Assembly (NCBI GenBank): GCA_963667175.2
Contig: CAXXXF010000006.1
Location: 480,001 to 544,000, forward strand
Origin: Candidatus Latescibacterota bacterium
GTDB lineage: Bacteria > Latescibacterota > UBA2968 > GCA-2709665
Length of the DNA: 64,000 nt
Direction of reading: 5' to 3'
Under the pieces are notes generated by a model that was not told where the DNA came from, did not search any database, and saw only the letters and a program-made list of their open reading frames with translations. This document shows, piece after piece, positions 62,071 to 64,000 of this stretch; the first letter of the stretch is position 1, and each line of letters begins with the position of its first letter. A program made the translations under genes and the position numbers.

Positions 62071-63024
62071 ATGTCCGTCGACCCGGAACACGTTACGATT
62101 GTCAGAAGCGGCGCCATCGGAGATTTCGTCCTGACGCTTCCCGCGGTGAACGCGCTCCAGCTGGCTTACCCCCGCTCTCGTCTTCGACTCATCGGCAACC
62201 CCTCGATCCTGCGCCTTGGGCCGGTGAGAAACCTGATTGACGTCAACAGCGCCGAAATCGCCGGCCTGTACAATCCCGAAGGCGCCGTTCCCGAACGCAC
62301 CCGGGCCCTCTTTTCAGGCGTCGACCTGCTTCTGGCCTACGCCGTCGACCCGGACCGGCGGCTTCAAACGCGCCTCTCGGAGATTGTCCGCGGCCAGGCA
62401 ATCGTTTTCGATCCCCGCCCGAAACGGGACACCCACGTTACAGAACACCTGCTGGCGCCGCTCCACAGGATATCCGTACCCACGTCCGACCCGATCCCCA
62501 GGATCCCGTTGAACGAAATTGAACTGGGTCATTCCCGCGGCATCCTTCAAAGAGAACGTCTGTCTTCGCCCCTGGTCGCCATCCACCCGGGCAGCGGCGG
62601 CCGGGGAAAGCGCTGGCCGTTAGCGTCCTTTCTGAAGCTTGCCCGGGAACTCCGCGCCCGAGGCGCAGGTGTCTTCACGTTATGCGGGCCCGTGGAACGA
62701 CACCTGGTCGATACGCTGCGGGCTCACGTTCCATCCCTGATTCCCGGGGACCTTCGCATCCTGGCCGGCCTGCTGCGCCACGCCGACCTCTTCGTTGGAA
62801 ACGACTCCGGCCCGGGACACGTAGCCGCCGCAGTGGACACCCCTGTGCTGGCTCTGTTCGGGCCCACGGACGCGACAACGTGGGCCCCCCGGCACCCGCT
62901 CTCCCGCGTTTTGAAGGCCCCGGACGGCCACCTCCCGTCCCTTTCGGTCGAAACCGTCCTGCGGGCCGCGCTCGAACGACTCGCAGCGATATCCAACCGG
63001 CCGCCGGATTTGCACCGACCATGA
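62071..63024 (+). CDS. Glycosyltransferase family 9 (heptosyltransferase-like)
   Basis: GAIGD, HPGSG..KRWP, GNDSGPGHVAAA and LFGPT motifs. Confidence 0.92.
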   Translation: MSVDPEHVTIVRSGAIGDFVLTLPAVNALQLAYPRSRLRLIGNPSILRLGPVRNLIDVNSAEIAGLYNPEGAVPERTRALFSGVDLLLAYAVDPDRRLQTRLSEIVRGQAIVFDPRPKRDTHVTEHLLAPLHRISVPTSDPIPRIPLNEIELGHSRGILQRERLSSPLVAIHPGSGGRGKRWPLASFLKLARELRARGAGVFTLCGPVERHLVDTLRAHVPSLIPGDLRILAGLLRHADLFVGNDSGPGHVAAAVDTPVLALFGPTDATTWAPRHPLSRVLKAPDGHLPSLSVETVLRAALERLAAISNRPPDLHRP

Positions 63025-63067
63025 TCCGTTTTCGATGCGATTTTTCTGCCGTTTCACGGCATTGAGT

Positions 63068-63096
63068 TTGACAGCCTGAGACGAATGTGGCATATT
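63068..63096 (+). promoter_or_regulatory. Sigma70-type promoter
   Basis: TTGACA, 17 nt ending TGG, CATATT. Confidence 0.5.
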
Positions 63097-63170
63097 GAGT
63101 TCCGGTATCGATAGCTTTTGGGTCGTCTTTGCATCACCCAGGTACTGAAACTGAAAACGAGGAGAACCGG

Positions 63171-64000
63171 ATGAGTGCCCTGCTCGACCTGACCTTTCGC
63201 GGGAATCGCCTGGCAGGATGCGTCGACGACGCCGGCGAACTGAGGCGTTCCGACGACATTGCACACGATCCTGCGTCGCTGCACGCCCGCATGGCCGACG
63301 ACGGCTACCTCTACCTGCCGGGGCTTCTCGATCCGGAAGAAGCGCTGGCAGCGCGTCTTGAAGTGATGAAGCGCCTCGCCAGGCTGGGCTCGGTGGATGA
63401 ATCGCTTCCGCTGATCGAAGGGAAATACAAGCCGGGCGGCGGGCTCGGCGCCATGTTCGACTTCACACTCGATAATCCGGCGCTGATGAACGTCCTCTAC
63501 GACGGTCCCATGATCCGGTTCTATGAACGATTCCTGGGCGGGCCCGTCACCCATTTCGATTATACGTGGTTCCGGGTCAAGGCGCCGGGCGCCACGTCTC
63601 CCACCCAGCCCCACTACGACGTGGTCTATATGGGCCGCGGGACCCCCCGGCTCTATACCTCCTGGACGCCGCTGGGGGACGTACCGTTTGAAATGGGAGG
63701 TCTGATCATCCTGGAAGATTCCCACAAGAGCGAACGCCTTCGGCACACCTATGCCCGCACCGACGTCGACAAATACTGCGAGAACGAAAGCGAAGCCAGA
63801 CGGACCGTCGAAGCCGCCAGGGTGCAGGAGCGTGAACTCACCGGCGAGGAACAGTCCCGGATCCACTGGAATTCCACCGGGTCATACGCGTCCGACGCCA
63901 TTCAGGCCCGAAAGGAAATTGGCGGCCGCTGGCTGACTGCGGACTACAAGCTGGGTGACGTGCTCGTTTTCTCCATGCGCACGCTGCATGCCAGTTCCGA
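63171..64000 (+). CDS. Phytanoyl-CoA dioxygenase family protein (truncated by the window end)
   Basis: Not in the ORF track. From the ATG at 63171 (RBS GAGGAG): ...DGYLYLPG...TQPHYDVVYMGRG...WTPLGD...GDVLVF...LHAS. Confidence 0.85.
   Translation, partial: MSALLDLTFRGNRLAGCVDDAGELRRSDDIAHDPASLHARMADDGYLYLPGLLDPEEALAARLEVMKRLARLGSVDESLPLIEGKYKPGGGLGAMFDFTLDNPALMNVLYDGPMIRFYERFLGGPVTHFDYTWFRVKAPGATSPTQPHYDVVYMGRGTPRLYTSWTPLGDVPFEMGGLIILEDSHKSERLRHTYARTDVDKYCENESEARRTVEAARVQERELTGEEQSRIHWNSTGSYASDAIQARKEIGGRWLTADYKLGDVLVFSMRTLHASS

Overview
A GC-rich, mostly housekeeping 64 kb segment from a diderm bacterium. The TonB receptor, PorV-like barrel, GT9 heptosyltransferase and dockerin/EF-hand-tailed S8 protease suggest an FCB-group lineage such as Latescibacterota or Gemmatimonadota (inference only). 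Core genes include sucD, rpiA, era, yicC-gmk-rpoZ-coaBC-udg-dnaB-kptA-dac, prs, a pseudouridine synthase and modA. The main signal is a nested mobile-element hot spot at about 9.37-12.74 kb. It holds an ORF-less but structurally complete group II intron (9421-10181), a decayed RAYT transposase with REP palindromes, and a related RT-encoding group II intron (10728-12703). The two introns have different EBS1/EBS3 sequences, and each matches its own insertion site. The ORF-less intron sits inside a dispersed repeat that has an uninterrupted copy, a predicted empty target, at 3071/3072. Other notable loci are A-rich modular repeat arrays, a 1598-aa M28-like/FtsX fusion next to an OPT-like transporter, an active plus degenerate L,D-transpeptidase operon with a lipoprotein and a beta-barrel, and a terminator-containing leader before the OMP/TonB receptor operon. 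No rRNA, tRNA or CRISPR array was recognised. All calls come from reading motifs by eye; no searches were run.
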